Origin: Bacteroidales bacterium
Lineage (GTDB): Bacteria; Bacteroidota; Bacteroidia; Bacteroidales; UBA12077
NCBI GenBank assembly: GCA_028282585.1
Contig: JANQHR010000046.1
Location: forward strand, 32,001-96,000
DNA: 64,000 nucleotides
Reading direction: 5' to 3'
Shown here in pieces: positions 31,041 to 41,900 of the stretch (position 1 is the stretch's first letter; every line of letters starts with the position of its first letter). Below the pieces are notes generated by a model. It was not told the DNA's origin. It was given only the letters and a program-made list of their open reading frames with translations, and made no database searches. The position numbers and the translations under genes are program-made.

Positions 31041-34000
31041 CTATATAATCACATTTTCGTACTCTAAATCTTCCAATAAATTATCAGAAGTTTTCATGTT
31101 ACTTATAATTACTGCAATCTCTTCAATTGTTGAAACTTGAAAAATATCCTTTAATGAAAAAGTAATATTAAATGTCTCATTAATCTTATTTATTAACATT
31201 GCGGCTTTAAGAGAATGCCCCCCTATTTCAAAGAAACTTACATTTACACCAATTTCTGTAGTGTTTAGATTTAATATTTCAGCCCAGATTTCGGTAAGTT
31301 TCCTTTCTGTATCATTTCTAGGATTAACTAACTTATTTTTAGGTTCTATCGTTATGTTAGGTAGTTGTGCTTTATCAACTTTCCCATTTTTTGTTAAAGG
31401 AATATGATCCACTTCCATATAATATGAAGGAACCATATAATCTGGCAACTTATTTAATAAAAATTCTCTTAAATGTAAATCAGCATCAACATTCTGAGAT
31501 TCCTTAACGTAATATGCACATAGAAACTTATCATCATCAATCTCCGCATCAACCACTACTATATCTTTTATCGAGTCATGTTTTAACAAGTTATTCTCTA
31601 TTTCTCTCAACTCTATTCTAAAACCTCTCAATTGAACCTGTGAATCTACCCTCCCAAGGTATTCTACTTCTCCATTAAAAAGTACTCTACCTATATCTCC
31701 TGTCTTATACATTCTTTCACCTGAATTGAAAGGATTTATAATGAATTTTTCATTGGTTAAATCTTCCCTTCCGATATATCCTAAACTAACACCATTTCCA
31801 GCTACATATATTTCACCAGGAATTCCGAATGGTTGAACATGCATGTCACGATTTAAAATATACATTCTTAATCCGGGAATTGGTTTTCCAATATTACATA
31901 TTCCATTTTTAACATCTTTAGAAGAAATCTTCTTAAATGTTACGTGAACTGTTGTTTCTGTTATCCCATACATATTAACTAATGAAGTACAAGGATATTT
32001 TTCCATCCAAGATTCAAGCTTAGAGAAATGTAATTTATCACCCCCAAAGATCACATAACGTATACTTTTCAAATTGTTTACCTGAGTTTTATCTTCATCG
32101 ATTAAATTATAAAATATAGGTGGGACCTGGCTTAAAACGGTAACACGCTCTTTTTGTAGTAGTCTATAAAAATTACTCATATCTACAGAATTCATTTTAT
32201 CAACTATAACTAGCTTGCAACCATTAAGTAATGTTCCAAATATTTCCCATACTGAAAAATCAAACGTATGTGAATGAAACAATGTCCATATATCGCTATT
32301 ATTAAATTCAAATAATGTTTTACAACTTTCTAATAAACTTATAACATTTTTTTGTTGTACTTTAACTCCTTTAGGTTTACCTGTTGACCCGGATGTGTAA
32401 ATGATATAAGCTACATCGGATGCAGACCAATCTTTCGTATAAACCGGATTTGACTCGTTTTCAGGAAAATTATCAATTGTAATTAATTTCTTATTGAAAA
32501 CAATATTATGAGAATATTTAGATCTTGTAATAACCATATCAACATTACTATCTTCAAGTATAGTCTGTGTTCGTTCATTAGAGTAAGTGGCATCCAAGGG
32601 TAAGTAAGTAGCTCCTGATTTTAGAACAGCTAAAATTGCGATTATAACATCAATAGATTTTTCTAAGTAAACACCCACGATATTTCCTTTACCAACTCCA
32701 AATGTAGAAATACTAACTGCCCACTTCTCAGCTTTTGCATTTAACTCTTTATATGTAAGTTGTTGATCTAAATAGGAAACTGCAATTTTATTAGGTACTT
32801 TAGTTACTTGCTTTTCAAATAGATTCTGTAAAGTATCCTCTTTTAAGTTTATATTTTTATAATTATTCAGTTTGTTTAAAATTGAAGTTTTCTCATCTTC
32901 AGAAATTAATTCTATAGAAGAAATTTTCTTATTTGGATCATCTAATAGTTTATCTAATAAACTTATATAATGACCAATAAATAAGCTTATTGTATTTTCA
33001 TTAAAATAAAGTTCATTGTATACCAGGATTGCATTTAGACTATTACCTTCTTTTCTAATTTTTATATTAATATCATACTTTCCTAGACCTAAATTTAAAT
33101 CCTTAATTTCAATTTTTAATCCTTCAACTTGTGGACTTTCCAGAGCTTCTTCGTTAAACTGAAATAAAATGTCGAATAAAGCTGTTCTGCTCATATCCTT
33201 TTCCGGATTGAGTTCATTTACCAGTTGTTCAAAAGGTAAGATCTTATACTTATTAGTTTCATTTAAGGTTTTTTTTACATGTTTACAATATTCTGTAAAA
33301 TTTACACCTTCGTCTAAATAAGTTCTTATTGCAACTAAGTTCGATATAGGTCCTATAATATCTTTTAAAGGTTGAATGTCACGATTATTAAAACTTGTTC
33401 CTACAACTATTTCATCATTATTACAGTATTTGTTTAATAAAATGTTAAAAGCAGACAATAAAACAGATTCAATATCTCTCTCATTATCAAAACAAAAGCT
33501 CATTATTTTTTTACATATATAATCTGGAATTTTAAAATTACAACCAGCACTTTTATAAACATGTACATTAGCTCTTTTTCTATCTTCTGGCAGCTCCATT
33601 ACAGGTAATTTACCTTTAAGCTGGTTTTTCCAGTATGGTAGAGATTGTTCTTTAATTTCTTGTATAGAATCTATTTGCCAATTAGTATAATCACGATAAT
33701 TAATTTTTTTAGCTCCGTAAGTGTCAGTCTTGTCATTAATAGTTTTATTATAATTATTAAATATTTGTTGAGCAAGTAGTTTTAAAGAATAAGTATCAAT
33801 AATTAAGTGATGTGCAACGATTACAAGAATATACTCAGTATCTGATAAACTATAAACTTTGCTACGAATTAATAAATCTTCTTCCAGATCGAAAGGTTTT
33901 TCAAGATATTCTTCAAATAATTTACCAAAATCATATTCTGAAATTGATTCTTGTTCTAAAATAAATTCAATTTCATTTTTTATGTATTGAAATGGTTTAT

Positions 34001-34229
34001 TATTTTCAATCAGTAGTCCTGTTCTTAATATTTTATTTCCCTGTATTTTATTTCGAATACTGTTACATAGAGCTTCATAATTAAGCTTACCATTAATATT
34101 AATTATAATTGGAATATTATGGTAAATTGGACCAGAGCTATATAATGTTCCTTTTTCAAAATTATCAATAAACCAGATTCTTTCTTGATGAAAGGATGCT
34201 GGAAATATATTTTCTTTATTTATCTCCAT
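31041..34229 (-). CDS. NRPS: atypical C-A(Thr)-T
   Basis: ASFHQERIWFID, HHLIIDTYS; code DFWSIGMVHK (Thr-type; NMYGITETTVHVT); GGHSL. Confidence 0.93.
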   Translation of the reverse strand: MEINKENIFPASFHQERIWFIDNFEKGTLYSSGPIYHNIPIIININGKLNYEALCNSIRNKIQGNKILRTGLLIENNKPFQYIKNEIEFILEQESISEYDFGKLFEEYLEKPFDLEEDLLIRSKVYSLSDTEYILVIVAHHLIIDTYSLKLLAQQIFNNYNKTINDKTDTYGAKKINYRDYTNWQIDSIQEIKEQSLPYWKNQLKGKLPVMELPEDRKRANVHVYKSAGCNFKIPDYICKKIMSFCFDNERDIESVLLSAFNILLNKYCNNDEIVVGTSFNNRDIQPLKDIIGPISNLVAIRTYLDEGVNFTEYCKHVKKTLNETNKYKILPFEQLVNELNPEKDMSRTALFDILFQFNEEALESPQVEGLKIEIKDLNLGLGKYDINIKIRKEGNSLNAILVYNELYFNENTISLFIGHYISLLDKLLDDPNKKISSIELISEDEKTSILNKLNNYKNINLKEDTLQNLFEKQVTKVPNKIAVSYLDQQLTYKELNAKAEKWAVSISTFGVGKGNIVGVYLEKSIDVIIAILAVLKSGATYLPLDATYSNERTQTILEDSNVDMVITRSKYSHNIVFNKKLITIDNFPENESNPVYTKDWSASDVAYIIYTSGSTGKPKGVKVQQKNVISLLESCKTLFEFNNSDIWTLFHSHTFDFSVWEIFGTLLNGCKLVIVDKMNSVDMSNFYRLLQKERVTVLSQVPPIFYNLIDEDKTQVNNLKSIRYVIFGGDKLHFSKLESWMEKYPCTSLVNMYGITETTVHVTFKKISSKDVKNGICNIGKPIPGLRMYILNRDMHVQPFGIPGEIYVAGNGVSLGYIGREDLTNEKFIINPFNSGERMYKTGDIGRVLFNGEVEYLGRVDSQVQLRGFRIELREIENNLLKHDSIKDIVVVDAEIDDDKFLCAYYVKESQNVDADLHLREFLLNKLPDYMVPSYYMEVDHIPLTKNGKVDKAQLPNITIEPKNKLVNPRNDTERKLTEIWAEILNLNTTEIGVNVSFFEIGGHSLKAAMLINKINETFNITFSLKDIFQVSTIEEIAVIISNMKTSDNLLEDLEYENVII

Positions 34230-37200
34230 AACTAAAGAGTCTGTTTGTAATTTCTATCACTGCTTTTTCATTTAAAAAATCTATATCAGAAATCTTACAG
34301 TTTTTATTGTGCTTGATAGTAGATATTATTTGTTTAAAATAGTTTGCAAATCTTTTAATTGTTTTGGCTTTAAATATTTCGGCATAATACTGAAAACTTA
34401 GATAAATTACATTCTTATATTCTTTTACATTCAGTGTAATATCAAATCTTCGTGCATTATCTTCCTCAAAATTGACATAGAGATCATCATTTACACTTAG
34501 ATATTCAGATTCCGACATATTTAACATATTCACTAATACATCAAAAACCGGATTTCTACCGGCTTCTCTTTTTACCTTTAGTTTATCAACTAAATCGTTA
34601 AACTGATATTCTTGATTATCTTGAAGTTCAAGAACAGAATTCTTTACTTCATTTATGAATTCCAACAGAGGTTTATCATTATGAAGTTCGGTAATTACTG
34701 GTAACGTATTAACGAACATCCCTACTATATTTTCTAAATCGTTATGATTTCTACCTGCTATTGACAATCCAACAATTATTTTATTCTGTCCGGAAAGTTT
34801 AGAAATCAAAACACTAAAAATTGATAGGATAGACATACTTAATGTAACATTCTCCTGCGCACTTAATTTCCTAAGAAACTGAGTATCTTCTTCATTTAAA
34901 ATTACTCCAACAAATCCTCCTTTGTTACTTTCAATTATTGGCCTTTCATAATCAGTAGGAAGTTCCAATTTAACAATATTATTCTTCAGTTTATTTAACC
35001 AATATATTTCCTGATCTTGTAGCCGCTTTTTAACCAGATTACTATTTTGCCATTCTGAATAATCATGATATTGTAGATTTAATTTCTTTAACTTTTTATC
35101 ATTAGTTAATTGTTCGAATTCTCTTTTTAATATTTCGCTTGTGGTGCCATCACCAATTATATGATGCAAATCTGTAAATAAGTAAGATTTATTACTGGTT
35201 TTTATATATGCTACTCTAATTAATGGTGCTTTGCCAAGATCAAAAGGTTTTATTAAACTTTTCTGAATTTTATTGATTTCTCCCTCTGCAACTTCATAAA
35301 TATCAATTTTAATTTCTAATTCATCGTAAGTTTTTAATACCGGTTCGTTATTTACAAGTTGAAAACTACATCGGAAATTTTCGTGTCTTTTTACTATTTC
35401 ATTTAAAATATTCTCAAGTTTTTCTTGATTTATACTATTTGAGATTGGAATTAAGCTTGAAATATTATATGAAGTAGTTTCCTCATTCATTTTCTGTAAC
35501 AGGAACATCCTTTTTTGTTGAGCAGAAAGTACATAATATTCTTTCTTTTCGGTAACAGGGATAGAATAATATTGCTGTAAATTTGATTGTTTAATTAAAC
35601 TAGATATTTGTCTAATTGAACCTGAAGTATATATATCCCTTATATTCAGTTTAACATTAAAATCTTTAAACAATCTAGATATTAAAATTGATGCTTTTAA
35701 AGAATGGCCCCCCAGGTCTAAAAAGTTTGAGTTCATGCCGATTTCTTCTTTTGGCACATTTAAAATAACACTCCAGATATTTAATAAGTTAAACTCTATG
35801 TCATTTTGAGGTTTGGAATTATCACTATTTCTGTTAATATCATATTCCTTTAACTGCTTTCTTTCAATCTTTCCTGTGTTTGTTAAAGGGAATTTTTCAA
35901 GCTGGATAATTCTCTTAGGAATCATATAGTCAGGCATCTGACGACTAATCTTCTGCAATAATTCTGTTTCATTTAATTGTGTTCCAGGCTTAACCACATA
36001 AAATGCTACAATTTCTCCTTCGGGTAAATTTATGTTATAATACTCAACAACACTTTTGTAAACCTCTTTTTGCTTGTCGATAATACTTTCAATTTCGCCA
36101 AGCTCTACTCTATAACCACGAACTTTAATTTGTGAATCTTTTCGACCAATAAATTCGATAGAACCATCAGCTAACATTCTACCAATATCACCGGTGAAGT
36201 AACATCTCTCATTATTATTGGCACTTACTTTGAAAGATGAATGAGTTTTCTCAACATTATTCAAATAACCATTAGCTAGATATTCGCTTTGAAAAACTAT
36301 TTCCCCTTCAATAAATGGTAATGATCTTTTATCATCATCTAAGTTTATAAAAACTTGTGTTTCATCAACCGGATATCCAACTGGAATTGTTTCTCTTGTT
36401 TGGTCGGTTTCTTTATTTAGAAAGTTCTGAACTGTAACAGTTGATTCAGTAGGACCTAATCCATTTATAAAGATGCAATCATCAGGTAAGAAGTTTTTAA
36501 AGTTTATAAAATCATTTAAAAGAACAGCTTCACCTCCTAAAACAACTAAACGTAAATTTAAATCACTTTCTTTATCAAATAGCGAAATAAAATATCTATA
36601 AACCGTTGGTGTAGAATGATAAATTGTTATTTCAGATTTTTTTACCCAATCTAATAAATTAGTTTTTTCGCCTTCCTTTTTCATATCATAGATATATAAG
36701 GACGCTCCATTTAATAATGCTCCATAGATACTCATAACAGCAGCATCAAAACCATAATATGACAACTCGGTAAGTTTATCATGGCTATTTATATGTAATC
36801 TGTTTGTGTAGGTTCGAATAAAATGTAATACATTTCTTTGGCTTTGTATTACTCCTTTTGGATTACCTGTTGAACCCGATGTATAAAGAATATATGCTAG
36901 TTCATTTTTGTGCTCCTGACATTCATCACTACTAAAATTATAATCAAATGTATCTGAATATATATCAGAGAGATTAATAATTGTTATTTTCTGAGACAAA
37001 GAATTATAAATCCTATTTGCGACATCAATATTTTCATTATTTGTAAGTATAACATTTACTGAGGAATCTTTAATTATGTATTCAATTCTATTTAGCGGAA
37101 ACTCTGGATCTATAGGTATATAGTAATTTTCTGATTTAAGCACTCCAAGCAAACCAATTATCATATCAATACCATGTTCGAATAACAAAGCTATACCTGT

Positions 37201-38898
37201 ACCTTTTTCAAAATAGTTATACCGAATAATTTCAGAAGTTTTTTTAATATCTTGTTTTACTTCACTATAAGTACGTTTTTCGCCATAAAAATCAATTGCA
37301 GTATTCTCAGAATATTTATCTGCAATGTCTTCAAACCTTTGAATTATATTATCTTGCTTTTCATTTTTTCTAAAAGGTTCAAATTCTATATTTGGTTTAG
37401 GTCTTTCAAGTTTTACTTGCTTTATATCTTTTTTAAGGTCTAAAATCTTAATTGAATTTTTCTGTTCTTCATTTGAAAATGCTAAAAAGTTAAGTAAATC
37501 CGAAAATGCTTTCCCCATATTTTCAATAGTGGAACTTTTATAAATTGAGCTGGCATATACCCAGTTTATTTCTAAACAATCTTCATATTCAGTAACAAAT
37601 AATTCAACTTGAAATTTAATAGATTCATTTTCATTACCGTAAGTTCTATTATTACCAACATTCATTGTTGTTTGAGAATTATGAATCATATTAAAAGCAA
37701 AAGGTAAATCAGGATATTGCAAATTCTTTTCTTCAAAAATAGATTCAACCGGATAATTCTGATGCTTAAGTGTTTCGAGCAGATTACTATGTACAGTTCT
37801 TATAAAATCCTCAAAAGAATCTAAGTTAGATACATTTATCTTAGAAATAAGTGCATTAATAAAATGACCCGCAACATTTTCAAGTTGGCCATTATCACGT
37901 CCGGAGCTTATTATGTTTGATATTATTTCGGCGCTACCTGTAAAATAAGATAGAATAATATTAAATACTGAATATAATATAGTAAATAAAGTTGTTTCAT
38001 ATTTAATAGCTATATTTTGTAATTGAGTTTTTGTTTTTTTATCAAGAATTGAAACAAAACTTCTACCAGAATTCTCATCAAACGCACTTACATAATCCTT
38101 CACTAATTCACTAATGTTAAATTCATTATCGAATTTATTATTCCAAAAATTATATGAACTTTTTTGAAATTCTTTTACACGTTTACTATTTACCTGCCAC
38201 TCTGAATAATCTTTATATTGCAATGATAGTTTAGCTAAATTCTCATTTTTCATTAATTGATTAAACTCTGATTTTAGTAAATCATAAGTGCCACCATCAC
38301 AAATAATATGATGCATATCGATCAATAAAAAATTTTGCTTCTTTTCAGTTTCAATTAGCTTAATTCGAATTAATGGTTCACCTTCTAAGTTAAATGGTTG
38401 GATAAATTCTTTCTTTACTTTATGTAATTCGTTTTCTAAAATCTTAACCTGATCTATATTTATTACTAAATCCTTATCTACTATTTGAGCTGGCTCATCA
38501 TTAATCATTTTAAACCTTGTTCTAAATATCTCGTGTCTATTTATAAGTTTCTTTAGATTTTTTTGAACATAATTTATATTAGCATCATAGCCTAAATTAA
38601 TAACATCAGAAATATTATACGAAGTACTATCCAGGTTTAATTGTTGTAATAAATACATTCTTTTTTGAGCAAAGGATAACTTATAATATTCCTTTTTTTC
38701 ACAAGCATAAATTAGATCATGTTTTTTACCCGAATCTTTGTCCAAGATGCTAATTATCTGCTGTTTATATTTTTTCAATTCCAATAAGATAGAGTTAGGA
38801 ACTTTATTCTTAGTTAGTTTTAAAACCAGTTCCCCATTATCAGTTGATAGAAAAACTCCCAGTTTTTTTAATTCTATCAATAATTCATTTAATTCCAT
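34216..38898 (-). CDS. NRPS: beta-hairpin docking domain-C-A-T-C
   Basis: Start moved to ATG 38898 (MELNELL, docking domain); HHIICDG; A domain with NGLGPTES, code DAMHVGGVTK; GGHSL; second C HHIIGDG. Confidence 0.92.
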   Translation of the reverse strand: MELNELLIELKKLGVFLSTDNGELVLKLTKNKVPNSILLELKKYKQQIISILDKDSGKKHDLIYACEKKEYYKLSFAQKRMYLLQQLNLDSTSYNISDVINLGYDANINYVQKNLKKLINRHEIFRTRFKMINDEPAQIVDKDLVINIDQVKILENELHKVKKEFIQPFNLEGEPLIRIKLIETEKKQNFLLIDMHHIICDGGTYDLLKSEFNQLMKNENLAKLSLQYKDYSEWQVNSKRVKEFQKSSYNFWNNKFDNEFNISELVKDYVSAFDENSGRSFVSILDKKTKTQLQNIAIKYETTLFTILYSVFNIILSYFTGSAEIISNIISSGRDNGQLENVAGHFINALISKINVSNLDSFEDFIRTVHSNLLETLKHQNYPVESIFEEKNLQYPDLPFAFNMIHNSQTTMNVGNNRTYGNENESIKFQVELFVTEYEDCLEINWVYASSIYKSSTIENMGKAFSDLLNFLAFSNEEQKNSIKILDLKKDIKQVKLERPKPNIEFEPFRKNEKQDNIIQRFEDIADKYSENTAIDFYGEKRTYSEVKQDIKKTSEIIRYNYFEKGTGIALLFEHGIDMIIGLLGVLKSENYYIPIDPEFPLNRIEYIIKDSSVNVILTNNENIDVANRIYNSLSQKITIINLSDIYSDTFDYNFSSDECQEHKNELAYILYTSGSTGNPKGVIQSQRNVLHFIRTYTNRLHINSHDKLTELSYYGFDAAVMSIYGALLNGASLYIYDMKKEGEKTNLLDWVKKSEITIYHSTPTVYRYFISLFDKESDLNLRLVVLGGEAVLLNDFINFKNFLPDDCIFINGLGPTESTVTVQNFLNKETDQTRETIPVGYPVDETQVFINLDDDKRSLPFIEGEIVFQSEYLANGYLNNVEKTHSSFKVSANNNERCYFTGDIGRMLADGSIEFIGRKDSQIKVRGYRVELGEIESIIDKQKEVYKSVVEYYNINLPEGEIVAFYVVKPGTQLNETELLQKISRQMPDYMIPKRIIQLEKFPLTNTGKIERKQLKEYDINRNSDNSKPQNDIEFNLLNIWSVILNVPKEEIGMNSNFLDLGGHSLKASILISRLFKDFNVKLNIRDIYTSGSIRQISSLIKQSNLQQYYSIPVTEKKEYYVLSAQQKRMFLLQKMNEETTSYNISSLIPISNSINQEKLENILNEIVKRHENFRCSFQLVNNEPVLKTYDELEIKIDIYEVAEGEINKIQKSLIKPFDLGKAPLIRVAYIKTSNKSYLFTDLHHIIGDGTTSEILKREFEQLTNDKKLKKLNLQYHDYSEWQNSNLVKKRLQDQEIYWLNKLKNNIVKLELPTDYERPIIESNKGGFVGVILNEEDTQFLRKLSAQENVTLSMSILSIFSVLISKLSGQNKIIVGLSIAGRNHNDLENIVGMFVNTLPVITELHNDKPLLEFINEVKNSVLELQDNQEYQFNDLVDKLKVKREAGRNPVFDVLVNMLNMSESEYLSVNDDLYVNFEEDNARRFDITLNVKEYKNVIYLSFQYYAEIFKAKTIKRFANYFKQIISTIKHNKNCKISDIDFLNEKAVIEITNRLFSYGDK

Positions 38899-38992
38899 AT
38901 ACTTATGAACTAAATTTATAATGAATAATAAATTACAAAGCGAATTTTGTTTCTTTTCTGACCTTAAGGTACAAACGTGAATTATCAAATGA

Positions 38993-41900
38993 TTATATTC
39001 TTATTTCTTCAGCTCCTTCCTCTTCAATCAATTCATTATCCGATAGATTATTTATTTCTATATAGATTGCTTGGTCTTTAATAGTAGGACGAATAAAGAT
39101 CTCATTAGCAGGAATTCTAATATTAAAGTTCTTAAAAATCTCTGAAAGCAAGATATTTAATTTTAATGAGTGTCCTCCTAACTCAAAAAAATTATCTTCC
39201 GCACCTATTTTATCTGAATCAATTTTTAAAATATTTCCCCAAACTTTTGCCAATGTTTCTTCAATTAAACCTTCAGGTTTAACATAATTTTTGTTTTCAT
39301 AATGAACAGAAATTTTAAATAATTCTCTATCAACTTTTCCATTTTGATTTAGTGGTATCTCCTCTAATTGCTTATATGTTGATGGAATCATATAATGAGG
39401 CAAGCTTTGTGATAATAACACTTTAATCTGAGGTAATGTTTCTTTTAGCTTTACATTATTTAATACCAAAAATGCTCTTAGGATCTTTTCTCCAAAGCTA
39501 TCGTTAATTGCAACAACTAAAGCTTTTTCAACATCTTGGTGTTTTAGGATACAACTTTCAATCTCGCCTAATTCAATTCTAAAACCTCTAATTTTTACTT
39601 GATTATCTTCTCGCCCTTGAAATTCAATATTGGTATCATTTAATAATCTAACACGGTCGCCTGTTTTATACAATTTTTCATTTTTTACAAATGGATTTTC
39701 AATGAAGCTATCGTTTGTTAATTCAACTTTATTTATGTAACCTATACCAACGCCTTCGCCTCCTATATATAAATCACCAATGGTGCCAAATGGAACCAAA
39801 TTAAGTTTTTCATCTAAGATATAAATACTTGTGTTGCCAATTGGTCTTCCGATAGGTAAGCTTGAATAATCTTTATTAATTTTTTTAACCAACATTTCAA
39901 TCGAAGTAACTGTTGTTTCAGTTGGGCCATATTCATTATAAAAATCATATTCCTTATTAAATTTCTCAGCTAATCCAACTCTACATACATCACCACCTGC
40001 AATAACTCTGTTAAAGTAATATTTTGATTCATTAAGTCCTTCTAAGAAAGAAGGAACAGCATGCAAATGAGTTATATTTTTTCTTAATAAGAACCTGGTA
40101 AATTCATCTTTATTCAAAATAGATTCTTTACTAACTAAATTAAGATTTGCACCACTAAAGAATGCCAACCATATTTGTTCAACCGAAGCATCAAAACACA
40201 CTGATGAAAACTGACAAATTTTCTCAGTACTATTTATTTTGAACTCATCTTTTTGGCTTTGTATTAAATTAACAACATTTCTATTATTTATCAGCACTCC
40301 TTTTGGTACACCGGAACTGCCTGAAGTGTATATGGTATATACTATATCTTCAGTACTACTTGATATATTTATATTCTCATTATCATAATCTTCCAGATTA
40401 ATCTCATCAACTACAATAACTTTTCTTTGAGCCACACCATTAGGAATACCATCTGTTTTTATGGCTAAACCTTCTATTTTTAGTAATGATTCAGTGTTAG
40501 GTAATATCCCATTATTAGCTATGATCTCTTTTACTATCTCATAAAAAGTAACTTCCCCCTCACCCATACATACCATATCTATATTGGTATCATTTAATAA
40601 ATCATCATAATTACTTGTTGCATATGGACCACCTGCTATAATTGGAGCTTCATATCCCCATAAGCGAATCAATGAAATCATTTTATGAAAGAAATCCTTA
40701 TAAAAACTTAAAGTTCTAGTACCAATAACATTAGGTTCAAACTCTTTAATTATTCGTTTTAATTCTAAATTACTATCAAAATCAACTCGAGATTTTATAA
40801 TCTTGCATTCAACTTGTTTTCCTAGCTTGTTTTTAAGGTATGTTGAAATATACATTAATCCTAAAGGAGGCTCTACAACGTCATATAATATATCGCTATC
40901 GTTAGAATAAAACTGGGACAAATCAATGAGTAAAATTTTAAGCGCATCATTATTAGCTGGTTCTTCAGGCACAAAGATTTTCTTTATTTTTTCATTTAAA
41001 TTATTTACATAAGAATAATCTTCATTTATAAAATTATAATCTTCCAGCTCTTCTATATTGATATTCACAAATTCCAGAAATTCTTGTAATGTATCTATTT
41101 TTACAGGTAAGTAACTTCGGTATTTTTGTAATAACTCATCTTCCGTAAGAACTTTCATTTGATATGGAAGAACTTTAAGAAGACGTTCCTTTAGCAAGAA
41201 ATAATTATTTAAAAACTCTGTTTGATATATTAGTGTAAATTCATCTTCAAAAGGCAAAGTTTCAGGTAATTCGTGATAAGCTAAATTTATTGATCTATTG
41301 ATTACATCTTTAGATATCCCATTTTTTAATGCGATCTTTTCCATATCGGTATTCGGGTATATTTTTAATATGTGAACATATGGAAAGTGTAACCATTTAA
41401 TACTTTTAATAAAATTTAAAGTGTCTAACGCTTCTGCTGTTGTTTCGCCAGGAAATCCATGCATAGTAAAAAGTTCAAGAATAACTTCAGGATACTTTGA
41501 ACTAATATATTCTACATTCTCTTTAAATCGTTCAACATTTAAATTTTTTCCAATAAGTTTTTGTAATCTTTTCGATGTAGTTTCTAGAGCAAGTGCAAAA
41601 CTAACTGTACCTGCCGCTACCATTAAATCAATATATTCTTTGGTTAGAATATCTCCTCTTAACCCATTTGGAAAATACAGTTGTAGCTTTAAATTGTTAT
41701 CGACAATTAATTGGAAAAATCTTTTACTATTCTTTATATCTAAATTGAATATATCATCAACAATTACAAATCTTCGTACCCCGATTTCATAATAAAGCAT
41801 TAATTCATTAAAAATATGCTCTGCTGATCTTGTAATATGACCTTTTGGCCATATTTTATGACAATATGCACATTTGTATGGACAACCTCTTGAACATTGT

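Noticed and set aside
38899-38988. N-terminal extensions in the ORF track (also 27194..27202, 21796..21813, 20069..20098)
   Set aside because: They start at non-ATG codons or overlap upstream genes; downstream ATGs coincide with domain starts.
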